Positions 8,586 through 18,584 of a stretch of DNA of 64,000 nucleotides are shown piece after piece. The notes beneath the pieces are model-generated. The model was not told where the DNA came from. It did not search any database and saw nothing but the letters and a program-made list of their open reading frames with translations. Origin of the DNA: a bacterium (GTDB lineage: Bacteria > Electryoneota > Electryoneia > Electryoneales > Electryoneaceae); the NCBI GenBank assembly GCA_963675295.2, contig CAXXKJ010000002.1, positions 4,000,001 to 4,064,000 of the forward strand, given 5' to 3'. The stretch's first letter is position 1; the number at the start of each line of letters is the position of its first letter. Both the position numbers and the translations under genes were made by a program.

Positions 8586-9137
8586 TTATCTTTTCCAAAA
8601 TTCTGGTATCATATCATCTGGGATATTTTCCTTTAATGCTGATTCCCAATTATCAGTATAGTTCGCCAGAAGACTAATGGTGACCAGTAAGTCATCCCTA
8701 CCATTTATATGTGCTACCGCACTACTATATGGCCATTCCCCCGGCTTGGTCACCAACCCAGCTCTCATCGGATTTTGCTCGATATATCTAGCCGCATACA
8801 AAAGATGCTTTTCATCCATTGGAATGGAGTGAAACCTTTGATCCCAATTGACTCTATCCTTATATTGTATTTTACGCCAATATGTATAGGATCTAGTCGT
8901 CTGTTGTAATGCCAGAGATAGATTTTCTTTTGATCCTGAAGTAACGATGAGATGAATGTGATTGGGCATTAAACAATAAGCCCAGACATCAATATTATAC
9001 TTTTTACTATTGATAGACAATAGCTCGATATATTTTTCATAATCATTAGCTTCAAAGAATACTTTCTCTTTGCTCTTTCCCCTGTGCGTAATATGGTAGG
9101 GAATGCTCGATTCTATTTCTCGCGCATTTCTGGCCAT
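8586..9137 (-). CDS. REP-associated tyrosine transposase (RAYT-like, Y1 HUH)
   Basis: YHITHRG, AYCLMPNHIHLIV (HUH), RYIEQNP.RAGLV, EWPYSS. Markedly AT-rich and flanked by REP hairpins. Confidence 0.9.
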   Translation of the reverse strand: MARNAREIESSIPYHITHRGKSKEKVFFEANDYEKYIELLSINSKKYNIDVWAYCLMPNHIHLIVTSGSKENLSLALQQTTRSYTYWRKIQYKDRVNWDQRFHSIPMDEKHLLYAARYIEQNPMRAGLVTKPGEWPYSSAVAHINGRDDLLVTISLLANYTDNWESALKENIPDDMIPEFWKR

Positions 9138-9187
9138 GATAATCCGCTACAAGACGCACAACTTTCTATCAAGCGAAAACAGTTGCC

Positions 9188-9227
9188 CCCATTGGGGACA
9201 CTTAACGGAGTAAGTGTCCCCAATGGG
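9188..9227. repeat. REP family A hairpin upstream of RAYT (GGGGACACTT-aacggagt-AAGTGTCCCC)
   Basis: cccattggggacactta/taagtgtccccaatggg inverted repeat. Confidence 0.9.
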
Positions 9228-9239
9228 TTGTCGCTTGCG

Positions 9240-10910
<1,671 letters not shown>

Positions 10911-11139
10911 AATCGTTCACCCTCCGAATCCTGCCACCCTGAACTGGCCGATATACGGAACCCGCAATCTGGAATGAAGGCCAGCCCTGTCTTTGAAGTA
11001 ACCCGCGTGAAGATAGCTCGCGGGGTCGAAATTGCTTTTGTTCGCCTCTGCGAGACGCTGTGCAATCCAATCGTAAAGTCAATACCGGGCTCACACGCCC
11101 CTGATGACTCCGTCAGCCGCGACGGTTCGGCCTCAACGT

Positions 11140-11400
11140 ATCCGCGTCCGCAAGCGGACACGGGCACTTGCTTGTGGGTACGTCCCAGCGGGGACACATA
11201 CTCTCCCAGTGGGGACACTTACTCCGTCCACTGGGAAAATCTTTGGGCAAGTATTCCCGTACTTCCTGCAATCAGAACGATTCCCGGGGACACTTACTCC
11301 GTTAAGTGTCCCCACTGGGGAATTCCTTGGGCAAGTATTCCCGTACTTCCTGCAACCAGAACGATTCCCGGGGACACTTTGAGGACAAAGTGTCCCCCGG
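11140..11400. repeat. Composite REP cluster (one family D palindrome plus tandem family A units, BIME-like)
   Basis: GGGGACAC starts at 11190, 11211, 11286 and 11370. The spacer ttgggcaagtattcccgtacttcctgcaa.cagaacgattccc is repeated twice. Confidence 0.85.
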
Positions 11401-11430
11401 AATCGAGCCCGCCCGCAAATCGAGCCCGAT

Positions 11431-12189
11431 TTACATCAATGACCGGACCCGTTCCAGATCGTCCGGCGTATCGACGCCACCCGGGCCGGCATCGTCAGCG
11501 AGGTGCACGACCATCGTGCCGCCGTCCTCGAGCAGACGCAGCTGCTCCAGCTTTTCGCATTCTTCCAGCGGACTTGGGCGCAGCATGCAGAACTGGTTGA
11601 GCGTCTCCCGCCGGTAGACATACAGCCCGATGTGCCGCAGCGCGAGGTTGCCTGGAACACCGCCCTCGCGTTGATAGGGAATCGGTGCGCGGGAGAAATA
11701 CAGCGCTCGGCCATTCTCCGCGCGTGCCACCTTGACGACGTTCGGGTCGGTGTAGTCGCGTTCCGTTGCCGGTGTCGCGGCGGTAGAGGCATCCGCCTCG
11801 GTATGGTCCAGCAGCAATCGCACGGTATCATCCACCAACTGAGGTGGCAGCAACGGTTCGTCCCCCTGCACGTTGACCACGATATCGCCCGGCTGTCCGA
11901 GGATTGCCGCGTGGATCCGGTCGGTGCCGGAGGGCAGTGCCGGATCGGTCAGAATCGCCTCACCGCCGGCGTCCTGGATAGCAGTGGCGATGCGTTCGTC
12001 GTCGGTCGCGACCAGCACGTGATCGATCATCGTGCAACGTTTCGTATTCTGCCACGTGCGCACGACCAGCGGCAGCCCGTTCAGATCGGCGAGCATCTTG
12101 CCGGGAAAACGGACGGAGGCGTACCGTGCCGGAATAACTGCGATGATATGTGGGCGATCACTCATGAACGTTGCCCGCTGAGTTGACAT
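11431..12189 (-). CDS. kdsB: 3-deoxy-manno-octulosonate cytidylyltransferase
   Basis: IPARYASVRFPGKML, SGTDRI, VNVQGDEP, ALYFSRAPIP, HIGLYVYR, EKLEQLR. Confidence 0.96.
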   Translation of the reverse strand: MSTQRATFMSDRPHIIAVIPARYASVRFPGKMLADLNGLPLVVRTWQNTKRCTMIDHVLVATDDERIATAIQDAGGEAILTDPALPSGTDRIHAAILGQPGDIVVNVQGDEPLLPPQLVDDTVRLLLDHTEADASTAATPATERDYTDPNVVKVARAENGRALYFSRAPIPYQREGGVPGNLALRHIGLYVYRRETLNQFCMLRPSPLEECEKLEQLRLLEDGGTMVVHLADDAGPGGVDTPDDLERVRSLM

Positions 12190-12240
12190 TCTGTCAGAAT
12201 TTTGCCTTCCCGGATCGCTAAAAACGACACCAAAGAAGAA

Positions 12241-12265
12241 GCGCCGGGGGACAATCCCCCGGCGC
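12241..12265 (-). terminator. Intrinsic terminator
   Basis: gcgccggggg-acaat-cccccggcgc hairpin, with an A-rich run on + that reads as a U tail on -. Confidence 0.6.
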
Positions 12266-12271
12266 CGGTGG

Positions 12272-12742
12272 TCAGACCTGGCAAATCACAACGAAGCGGT
12301 CGGCTCGTTGGCCCGCCATCTGCGGGCCGTGCCGGAAGTCCCAGTAGAAGGTGTTAGTGGCGGGCACCCCTTTCTCCTTCTTGACCTTTTCCTGGAGCTG
12401 TTTCGCCGTGGTTTTAATCGTCTTGAATGGACCCTCATGCACTGCGCTGAAAAGTTTGCTCGTTTCGAGCTCGAAGACGTACGCGTCGTACGCATCCGGC
12501 TTGTTCACGTTCACCAGCAACCGGCCCTTCAGCATGCCTGGCTGAATCAGTACCATCGCGTCTTCGGTAACCTGATATTCCTTGGTCGCGATTTCGGCTT
12601 TCAGCTGTTGCCCTGCTTCGAAGAGGTTTCGCGGCGTGCCAAGCAGACAGGGCAGATCAACGAAATAGAAGACCTTGTGCTTCCAATCGAATTGACGATC
12701 CCGCCAGAAATCCGGTTTCAGCCATTCGTTATCTGCGCTCAC
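12272..12742 (-). CDS. Hypothetical protein (GyrI-like / bacterial 'hydrolase' family resemblance)
   Basis: W.K..F, LFSAVHEGPFK and FVVICQV pattern. RBS ggag upstream of the GTG. Confidence 0.7.
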   Translation of the reverse strand: MSADNEWLKPDFWRDRQFDWKHKVFYFVDLPCLLGTPRNLFEAGQQLKAEIATKEYQVTEDAMVLIQPGMLKGRLLVNVNKPDAYDAYVFELETSKLFSAVHEGPFKTIKTTAKQLQEKVKKEKGVPATNTFYWDFRHGPQMAGQRADRFVVICQV

Positions 12743-12838
12743 ACAGCACTCCTTTGTTCGTCCCCCTGAATGGCGCTAAGATAGCAGCGATCCTGACACC
12801 CTGCAACTGAGCTGAGGCCGAGCGTATCCCGTCTCAAC

Positions 12839-12867
12839 TTGACCCTAACAGACTCCGAACGTACCTT
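12839..12867 (+). promoter_or_regulatory. Putative sigma70 promoter for tnaA
   Basis: TTGACC-17 bp-TACCTT. Confidence 0.5.
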
Positions 12868-12974
12868 GCCGATCCCAGCGGGGTATGCCGTACCACCAAC
12901 ACCCAACCCGTCCGCACCGCCCGCACCTTCACCCCCTCGCGGGCCTGCGTTGACACCAGGCACTGAGGACACGC

Positions 12975-14399
12975 ATGAGCACAGCAAAGCCTTCGGATCA
13001 TCCGCACGACTGGCAGAACACGAGCTCTCTCCCCTCTCACCCGGAACCGTACAAGATCAAGATGGTCGAGCCGATCCATCTTCCCGACCGTGCCGAGCGG
13101 GAGCTGATTCTTCAGGAAGCCGGGTTGAACGTGTTCAACGTTCCCGCCGACCGTGTCTTCATCGACCTGTTGACAGACTCCGGCACCGGTGCGATGAGCG
13201 AGCACCAATGGGCGAGCCTGATGGAGGGCGACGAATCGTACGCCGGTTCGACCTCGTTCCATCGGCTCAAGGCGTCTGTCCAGGAGGTGATGGGCTTCGA
13301 GTACATGCTGCCGACGCACCAGGGCCGTGCGGCGGAAAACGTGCTGCACTCGGTGCTGGTTCATGACGGCGACATCATCCCCGGCAACAGCCACTTTGAC
13401 ACGACCAAGGCACATATCGAATTCCGTCACGCGCATGCGGTTGACTGCACCGTCGACGAGTGCTTCGTACCGGATGTCGAGATTCCGTTCAAAGGCAATG
13501 TCGACCTCGACAAGCTGCGTGAGGTGGTGGACCAGACCGGCGTGGAGAAGATCCCGTTCGTGCTGATCACCGTCACCAACAACTCCGGCGGCGGGCAGCC
13601 GGTGAGTTTGCAGAACGTGCGCGACGTCCACTCATTCTGTAAGGAACGCGGCCTGCGGCTGGTTATCGACGCCGCCCGTTTCGCGGAGAACGCGTGGTTC
13701 ATTCAGCAGCGCGAACCGGGCCAGGGTGAGCGTACGGTGCGCGAGATCGCGAAGGAGATGTTCTCGTACGCCGACGCCGCAACGATGTCGGCGAAGAAGG
13801 ACGCGATCGTTAACATGGGTGGCCTGCTGTGCATGCGCAGCGAAGAGTTGTACACCCAGTGCAGCTCGTTCAACATCCTGTTTGAAGGGTATCTGACCTA
13901 CGGCGGCCTTAGCGGTCGTGACATGGAAGCGCTGGCGACGGGGTTGTATGAAGGCACCGAGGAAGACTACCTCGCCGCGCGTATCGGGCAGGTGAAACGC
14001 TTCGGCGATTCATTGACCGAAGCGGGGATTCCGATTGTGCGTCCTCCCGGCGGTCACGCGATTTACGTGGACGCGAAAGGTTTTCTCCCCCACCTCGACC
14101 AGGAACAGTTCCCGGCGCAGGCGCTGGTGTGTGAACTGTACCTCGAGGGCGGCATCCGAGGGGTCGAAATCGGAACCGTACTCGCCGACCGTGACCCGGA
14201 CACCGGGAAAAACCGTCCGCCGAAGCTCGAACTGATGCGGATGACGATTCCGCGCCGGGTGTATACGGACAACCACCTGCAGTATGTGCGCGACATTCTC
14301 GTCAAACTGAGAGACCGCCGCGACTCGATCCGTGGGCTGAAGTTCACCTACGAACCGCCGATTCTGCGGCACTTCCGCGCCAGGTTTGAGTGGGAGTAA
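12975..14399 (+). CDS. tnaA: Tryptophanase
   Basis: IDLLTDSGT, GDESYAG, HQGRAAE, PLP Lys in MSAKKD. GIRGVEIG and LRHF are TnaA-type rather than tyrosine phenol-lyase ERG/LRFF. Confidence 0.92.
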   Translation: MSTAKPSDHPHDWQNTSSLPSHPEPYKIKMVEPIHLPDRAERELILQEAGLNVFNVPADRVFIDLLTDSGTGAMSEHQWASLMEGDESYAGSTSFHRLKASVQEVMGFEYMLPTHQGRAAENVLHSVLVHDGDIIPGNSHFDTTKAHIEFRHAHAVDCTVDECFVPDVEIPFKGNVDLDKLREVVDQTGVEKIPFVLITVTNNSGGGQPVSLQNVRDVHSFCKERGLRLVIDAARFAENAWFIQQREPGQGERTVREIAKEMFSYADAATMSAKKDAIVNMGGLLCMRSEELYTQCSSFNILFEGYLTYGGLSGRDMEALATGLYEGTEEDYLAARIGQVKRFGDSLTEAGIPIVRPPGGHAIYVDAKGFLPHLDQEQFPAQALVCELYLEGGIRGVEIGTVLADRDPDTGKNRPPKLELMRMTIPRRVYTDNHLQYVRDILVKLRDRRDSIRGLKFTYEPPILRHFRARFEWE

Positions 14400-14428
14400 T
14401 CCTACCAGTCAGCTCAAATTCTATAGCA

Positions 14429-14450
14429 AGCCCGGCGAGATCGCCGGGCT
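14429..14450. terminator. Hairpin between convergent tnaA and hicB
   Basis: agcccggcga-ga-tcgccgggct. Confidence 0.6.
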
Positions 14451-14473
14451 AGTAGTATTAAACAGGATCAGTT

Positions 14474-14695
14474 CTATGCCACCTGAACGTCCACAGAATC
14501 CGTCTGTGTCGTTGGCTTTGGAATCGTGATACCTAGGATTTTCATGCCTTCCAAGTGGAATTCGATGGCTTCGCGGATCTGTTGCAACGCTTCCTCATAC
14601 GTTGCACCGGTCGCAACGCATCCCGGCAGATCAGGAACATAGGCGCTGTAGTTCGCGCCAGCGTCCTCGATCAAAACAGAGTATGTCCGTATCAC
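14474..14695 (-). CDS. HicB-family antitoxin-like protein (short, no HicA adjacent)
   Basis: YSAYVPDLPGCVATGATYEEALQQIREAIEFHLEG..IPKP. RBS ggagga upstream of GTG 14695. Confidence 0.85.
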   Translation of the reverse strand: MIRTYSVLIEDAGANYSAYVPDLPGCVATGATYEEALQQIREAIEFHLEGMKILGITIPKPTTQTDSVDVQVA

Positions 14696-14799
14696 GACAT
14701 CTCCTCCACGCTGATCCATTGCTTCACTTGCCCACAAAATAAACCCGCGAACGGAATTCGTGGGTTAGAAAGAACGTGGCTGAATATGTGCCGAGCGGA

Positions 14800-15294
14800 T
14801 TATTGCGCCCCGCCGCCAGCGTTGGTCTTGCTGCGTTCGATGGCCTGCAGGGTGAGGTAGCTGTCGCCGAAGCGGCCGAGGTTTTCGGTCTCATCGTCGT
14901 ACTGGTTCCAGTGGCGTTCTTCATCGGCAACAAGCTGCTCGAACAGTTGTTTGGTCGCCGAGTCAAAGTTCTGCGCGCACTCCATTGCAAATTTGTTGTA
15001 GGCCTTCGCGCTACTTTCTTCCATGCCCTTTGCGATCTCAAGCATCTTCTTGACGTCATGCTCTTTCTTCACCGCTTCATCGGTTGCCAGCTCAACTTCG
15101 CCGTTGAGGAACAGGATGCGGTCGGCGAGCAATTCGATGTGCATCATCTCCTCGATCGCGGTGCGCTTGAACAGGGAGGCGAGCAGGTCATAGCCCTGAT
15201 CGTCACAATGGAAATGAAAGTACATGTATTGGTGGACGGCGTGCAGCTCATCCGCCACGGACGTGTTCAACAGGTCAATGCTTTTCTCGTGCAT
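14800..15294 (-). CDS. bfr: Bacterioferritin
   Basis: Ferroxidase ligands ADELHAVHQY, EEMMH (heme Met), ADRILFL, DEERH. Confidence 0.88.
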   Translation of the reverse strand: MHEKSIDLLNTSVADELHAVHQYMYFHFHCDDQGYDLLASLFKRTAIEEMMHIELLADRILFLNGEVELATDEAVKKEHDVKKMLEIAKGMEESSAKAYNKFAMECAQNFDSATKQLFEQLVADEERHWNQYDDETENLGRFGDSYLTLQAIERSKTNAGGGAQ

Positions 15295-15504
15295 CTCTGA
15301 ATCTCCCGTTTCGTTCGAGTGGTGTTATGAGTCGGAAGATCATGGTTGAGCTGTTTCGGATCAACGTGTTAGGGAGCACGAACGTTCCAGGAGACGGCGA
15401 ATAATTCCTCATGAATGCTGGCGCTTCGGAGGAAGGCATTGTCCCGGGACGTGCAGGAGCAGATATTCCCAGACGTGAATTCGATCCGGGCAGGAGGATA
15501 AAAG

Positions 15505-16371
15505 ATGGTTCGCAAGATCGCGGTGGTGGATGCGTTTACGGGGAAAGCGTTCGCGGGCAATCCGGCGGGGGTGTGCATGCTGGAAGGTCCGGCGGAGGAC
15601 GCGTGGATGCAGGCGTTGGCCAAGGAGATGGCGCATTCGGAAACGGCGTATCTCGTCCCCATCGCCGGGCATGGCGCACGCCGGTTCGCGTCCTGGGGCT
15701 GGGATGTGGAAGCTGCGACCTCGGTGGATGCCTCCCGCTCCTTCGTGCTGCGCTGGTTCACACCCGGCGCGGAGGTCAACCTTTGCGGGCATGCGACACT
15801 CGCGACGGCGCGGTACCTGTTCGACACCGGATTCGTCGAGGGTGATGAACATGTTTCGTTCTACACCCGTAGTGGTCTGCTCCATGTCGAACCGGAAGGC
15901 GATCTGCTGAAGATGGATTTTCCGGCGATCGAGGTGGTGGAAACCGATCACCCAGCGTGGCTCGACAAGGTTCTGCCGGGTGTGACGGTGACGTTTACCG
16001 GCAAGGCACGCGAAGATTACTTCGTGGTGGTCGAGGACGCTGAGGCTGTGCGTTCCGTTCAGCCGGACATCGAGGCGCTTCGTGCGGAAGAGGTGCGCGG
16101 GATGATTGTCACCGCGAAGGGTGATAAGGGCTTTGACGCCGTCTCACGCTTCTTCGCGCCGGCGGTTGGCGTGGATGAGGATCCGGTCACCGGCTCGGCG
16201 CATTGCGCGATTGGTCCGTACTGGTGCGGTCAACTGGGCACGAGCGAGGTGCGATGCTACCAGGCATCGGAGCGCGGCGGCGAAATGATTGTCCGGCATC
16301 TCGGCGAACGCGTCAGCCTCGTCGGGCAGGCGGTGACGGTGCTGACCGGCGCGCTTGCGATGGGGGTTTAG
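15505..16371 (+). CDS. PhzF-family isomerase
   Basis: VDAFT..AFAGNPAGV, SETAY, LRWFTP..EVNLCGHATLA, SRFFAP..EDPVTGSAHC. Confidence 0.93.
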   Translation: MVRKIAVVDAFTGKAFAGNPAGVCMLEGPAEDAWMQALAKEMAHSETAYLVPIAGHGARRFASWGWDVEAATSVDASRSFVLRWFTPGAEVNLCGHATLATARYLFDTGFVEGDEHVSFYTRSGLLHVEPEGDLLKMDFPAIEVVETDHPAWLDKVLPGVTVTFTGKAREDYFVVVEDAEAVRSVQPDIEALRAEEVRGMIVTAKGDKGFDAVSRFFAPAVGVDEDPVTGSAHCAIGPYWCGQLGTSEVRCYQASERGGEMIVRHLGERVSLVGQAVTVLTGALAMGV

Positions 16372-16380
16372 GCAACCGGG

Positions 16381-17358
16381 TTACGGCGAGGCCAGTCCGT
16401 TCAACGCTTCCCGTGCCCATTGATTGGTGCTGTCCAGTTCGACGGCGGTCCGGTAAGCCTGGATCGCCGCTTCTCTTTCTCCATCGGCCTCGTGGATCTT
16501 TCCCAGCCGGAACCAGGCGTAGGTCAGTTGTGGTTGATCCTCGGGCGGATCTCCCAGCTCGATATAGCGCTGCAGGGCGGCGATGCCGTCGTCATGGCGT
16601 TGTCCGGCGAATCCGGCGGTGCGTCCCAGTTGATACAGCGCCGGGCGGAAACCGGGCCGTTCTGCCAGTAGGCTGTCAAGCGTCGCGAACGCCCTATCCC
16701 ACCAGCCGCGCCCCTGCTGGAAGTAGACAAGGTGCATGATCGCCATGCTGTCCTCGGGCACGGTTGCGATCGCACGGCGAATTTCCTGCTCCGCCAGCTC
16801 AGGTTTGCCGTCGGCGACGAGCACGTTCACTCGCGCGTTGACACCACGCTGCAGATCCCGCACAGCGATGGATTCTGCCTCGGCGTATGCCTTGTCGGTT
16901 CCGCCGCCCATGATGCCCGGCGCCTGCAGGAAGAATTGCAGCCGGTCTTCGCGGGCGTCCAGGTTATCCGGATCGAACTCGATGGCGAGGTCGACCTGGT
17001 CCTTGAACTTGTTGGCGTAGCGTCCCTTGGACAGCAGGTTGGCTTCCATCGCCCGCTGGCCCCAGGTCCGGGCGAGCCACAGGTGGAACAGCGAGCTGCC
17101 TTCGGTGAGTTCGGTTGCCTGTTCGAAGGATTTCGCGGCGTCTTTGTACTCACCGTCCTCGAATTGCACTCGTCCGAGGTAGTACCACGCGGAGTCGCTC
17201 TCCGGATGTGCCTCCGCGTAGGATTCGATGATCACGCGGGCGGAATCGGAATTGGCAGTGTAGAACGACAGCAGCGCGTTAGCGAGTGGTGCCTGATCTT
17301 TTGCATACGTGGACGATGCCAGCAGCAGGAGGGTAAAGAGGACAAGTCCGGATTTCAT
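16381..17358 (-). CDS. Secreted tetratricopeptide-repeat protein
   Basis: Signal peptide MKSGLVLFTLLLLASSTYA and TPR units (AWYYLGRVQF, ALYQLGR, AWFRLGKIHE). Confidence 0.85.
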   Translation of the reverse strand: MKSGLVLFTLLLLASSTYAKDQAPLANALLSFYTANSDSARVIIESYAEAHPESDSAWYYLGRVQFEDGEYKDAAKSFEQATELTEGSSLFHLWLARTWGQRAMEANLLSKGRYANKFKDQVDLAIEFDPDNLDAREDRLQFFLQAPGIMGGGTDKAYAEAESIAVRDLQRGVNARVNVLVADGKPELAEQEIRRAIATVPEDSMAIMHLVYFQQGRGWWDRAFATLDSLLAERPGFRPALYQLGRTAGFAGQRHDDGIAALQRYIELGDPPEDQPQLTYAWFRLGKIHEADGEREAAIQAYRTAVELDSTNQWAREALNGLASP

Positions 17359-17717
17359 GTGCAGATCCCGTTGACCGATGGTTCTGTAGTTTGCGTGCCA
17401 GAAGCTTATCATCGCAAGTCTGAAATCGGTCAATTCCGGGATCGCATGATTGTTCACAAGGAGGATTGTTAGGCGGCGTAAACCCTTACTCCGCCTTGCG
17501 TACAGATTCACAAAGGTGTTCCCGTGTCTTGAGCGGAGCCACCCTCGGCATTATCTTGTTTGCGCCGGAACGTATAGAAGAGTGGCCTCTTGCGACAGAT
17601 TGCACAACCATGGCTGGGAGACTGTGGTTGAGTGACACGTGAAGCGACCCCTTCCTTGCCAGACCGGCAACTCACCAGACAGGCCTTGACAGCCGTAACC
17701 GCATTCCAGGAGGGTGC

Positions 17718-18128
17718 ATGGCCTCACTTCGTACCCGAGGGTACTCCCATTACCGCTGGCGGACTGGCCAGATCGCTTGGATTCTCCACCGTTTGACAGG
17801 ATTGGCGCTCGTCTTGTATGTGTCAATGCACATCTGGGTCGTCTCAACCCTGCAACTCGGTGAGGGGACGTTTGAAGCGACGATGGCCGTGGTCCAGGCC
17901 CCATTGTTCCGTTTCCTCGAAGTCGGATTGCTGTTCTGTGTGATTTACCATGCGTTGAACGGCTTGCGTTTAATCGCGATCGACTTCTTCGGTGCCACGG
18001 AGAAGCACGTCCCGTTGTTCTGGGTGGTGATCATTCTCGGCGGCGCGGCATGGATCTGGGGTGGTTCGACGATGATCGGGCACGCGCTGCATCAGCTCGA
18101 GCATGGCCAAGCATTTTTCCCATTTTAA
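17718..18128 (+). CDS. sdhC: Succinate dehydrogenase cytochrome b subunit
   Basis: AWILHRLTG, YHALNGLR, three TM helices. First gene of the sdh operon. Confidence 0.92.
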   Translation: MASLRTRGYSHYRWRTGQIAWILHRLTGLALVLYVSMHIWVVSTLQLGEGTFEATMAVVQAPLFRFLEVGLLFCVIYHALNGLRLIAIDFFGATEKHVPLFWVVIILGGAAWIWGGSTMIGHALHQLEHGQAFFPF

Positions 18129-18143
18129 CAGGAGGGTGAGACC

Positions 18144-18584
18144 TTGTTGAAGATGCTCGCCCGTACCGGCACGGGTTCTGGCGGATCGAACGCCTGGGTG
18201 TTGCAGCGGATTTCGGGGTTATTTCTGGTCATTGCCCTGTTCCTGCACTACCTGTTCCTGCACTTTCTCAACGGTGGCGATGTAACGTGGGGTGAAGTCA
18301 CCACCCGTCTCGCGTCGCCCTTGTTCAAAACCATCGACCTCGTGTTCCTCGTTTCGGTGTTGTTCCACGCCGGGCAGGGGTTGGTGATCAACATTCATGA
18401 CTACGTGCATCGTCCCGCCCCGCGGGTGGTCCTCGTCAGCCTTGCGTGGCTGCTGATGATCGTGCTGCTGATCACGGGCACGGTGACGATTGTAACCCTG
18501 GAACCGGGTTTCCTTCAGGAGATGCAGATGGGACAGGCTGCCGGCGTGATTGACGCGATTCAGTCCCAGGGGGTGGCGTTATGA
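18144..18584 (+). CDS. sdhD: Succinate dehydrogenase membrane anchor subunit
   Basis: [22 protein letters not shown]. Confidence 0.9.
   Translation: MLKMLARTGTGSGGSNAWVLQRISGLFLVIALFLHYLFLHFLNGGDVTWGEVTTRLASPLFKTIDLVFLVSVLFHAGQGLVINIHDYVHRPAPRVVLVSLAWLLMIVLLITGTVTIVTLEPGFLQEMQMGQAAGVIDAIQSQGVAL

Noticed and set aside
11095-11130. CTGATGACTCC motif suggesting a fluoride riboswitch or hammerhead ribozyme
   Set aside because: It lacks the upstream GGNGATGGAGT pseudoknot partner and the hammerhead GAAA core.
11186-11400. Possible CRISPR array
   Set aside because: The spacers are near-identical to each other, there are only 3-4 units, no cas genes are present, and the repeats are RAYT-associated palindromes.
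12975-14399. Tyrosine phenol-lyase assignment
   Set aside because: Diagnostic residues (VEIG, LRHF) are tryptophanase-type.
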